NCBI GenBank assembly: GCA_001662655.1
Contig: KV460274.1
Direction: 5' to 3' (one strand)
Origin: Pseudogymnoascus verrucosus
Lineage: Eukaryota
Length of the DNA: 25,700 nucleotides
Each line of letters opens with the position of its first letter. The stretch's first letter is position 1. Positions 25,089 to 25,700 of this stretch are shown piece by piece. Made by a program: the position numbers and the translations under genes. The notes under the pieces are model-generated. The model had not been told where the DNA came from, did no database searches, and worked only from the letters and a program-made list of their open reading frames with translations.

Positions 25089-25272
25089 ATGGTTCATGAG
25101 GGCGTTTTATAGACAAGGCTTGTTTGGTAAAGGCGTATTTTTTTAGGTTATGGACAGGTTTCATGTTATATCTATATCTCACTGCGTCATAAGTTAGTTA
25201 TGTTCCACCAACTATTCTAGTTAACCTGCTAAGTTAATTACCTACCATCCTCAAATATAGGTGATCTAAGTA

Positions 25273-25314
25273 ACGTAAGTCGTGGCGTAACGGGACGGAT
25301 GGCGTAACGGGACG
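25273..25314. repeat. Putative terminal inverted repeat with two 15-bp direct repeats
   Basis: TGGCGTAACGGGACG at 25283-25297 and 25300-25314 (17-bp period). The partner TIR would lie outside the window. Confidence 0.8.
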
Positions 25315-25388
25315 CTTTCTACACCCCACCAAAATCTAGGACTAAACCACCAAACTACTAACTTAGAAAATCGCAAATAATTCAATTA

Positions 25389-25700
25389 CTACCACCCTAA
25401 TTCATCTATATCATCCTCCGAAGGCTCTTCTTCGCTCTCTTCATCTATTTCCTCAATTATAGCCTCGTTTATAGGTCGTGGCGTTGTTCTAGGCCTCTGT
25501 GAAGCTGTGGCTGTTGCTGCTTCTGCTTCTATAACTTGCGACTGGAGTTCTTCTGTAGAAATGTGGAATTGACCCTTTAAAACTGCTCTTTTACCCTTAT
25601 TCTGTACTCTACGCTTCTGAATAATTGAGCGTAAGTTATCACTCTCTCTTTTTTGAAGGGTATTGCGTGTATTAAGGCGTTCTGACTCATCTGCTAACTT
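25389..25700 (-). CDS. C-terminal 103 aa of a putative Fot1/pogo transposase (5'-truncated by the window edge)
   Basis: Open frame KLADESERLNTRNTLQKRESDNLRSIIQKRRVQNKGKRAVLKGQFHISTEEL...EEIDEESEEEPSEDDIDELGW*. Coiled coil, basic KR patch and acidic tail resemble fungal pogo transposase C-termini. The DDE core is not in the window. Confidence 0.75.
   Translation of the reverse strand, partial: KLADESERLNTRNTLQKRESDNLRSIIQKRRVQNKGKRAVLKGQFHISTEELQSQVIEAEAATATASQRPRTTPRPINEAIIEEIDEESEEEPSEDDIDELGW

Larger units (their letters stand above)
25273..25700 (-). mobile_element. 3' end of a Fot1/pogo-like (Tc1/mariner superfamily) DNA transposon, extending beyond the window
   Basis: TA at 25271-25272 is followed by ACGTAAGTCG..., the TA+ACGT terminus typical of fungal pogo/Fot1 elements. 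Contains internal direct repeats and abuts a transposase-like C-terminus on the minus strand. Confidence 0.82.

Noticed and set aside
25283..25314. Direct repeats as a CRISPR-like or telomeric array
   Set aside because: Only two units with a 2-bp spacer in eukaryotic DNA; better explained as TIR sub-repeats.

Overview
Gene-dense, intron-containing genomic DNA from a filamentous ascomycete (Pezizomycotina; GT-AG introns of 50-130 nt with CTRAY-type branch sites; a Leotiomycete such as Pseudogymnoascus is my guess only). Hand splicing gives 11 host genes: PUS4 (5'-truncated), a short Sec2-domain protein, RPL32, a type I DnaJ (Xdj1/Ydj1-like, ending in CaaX), mitochondrial GluRS, CSN5, ASE1/PRC1, an IRS4-like EH-domain protein, a conserved uncharacterised protein, DNA ligase IV and RMD1. 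A twelfth, a uracil phosphoribosyltransferase, is mostly missed by the ORF track. The last ~430 bp are one end of a Fot1/pogo-type DNA transposon, also missed by the ORF track: TA + ACGT-starting TIR with internal direct repeats and an open transposase C-terminus. I see no convincing new biological system. The best leads are the transposon (RIP-like codon skew with an intact frame, and an internal TIR-motif copy), a possible intron-retention CaaX switch in the DnaJ gene, three AAG splice acceptors, and hairpins downstream of RPL32.
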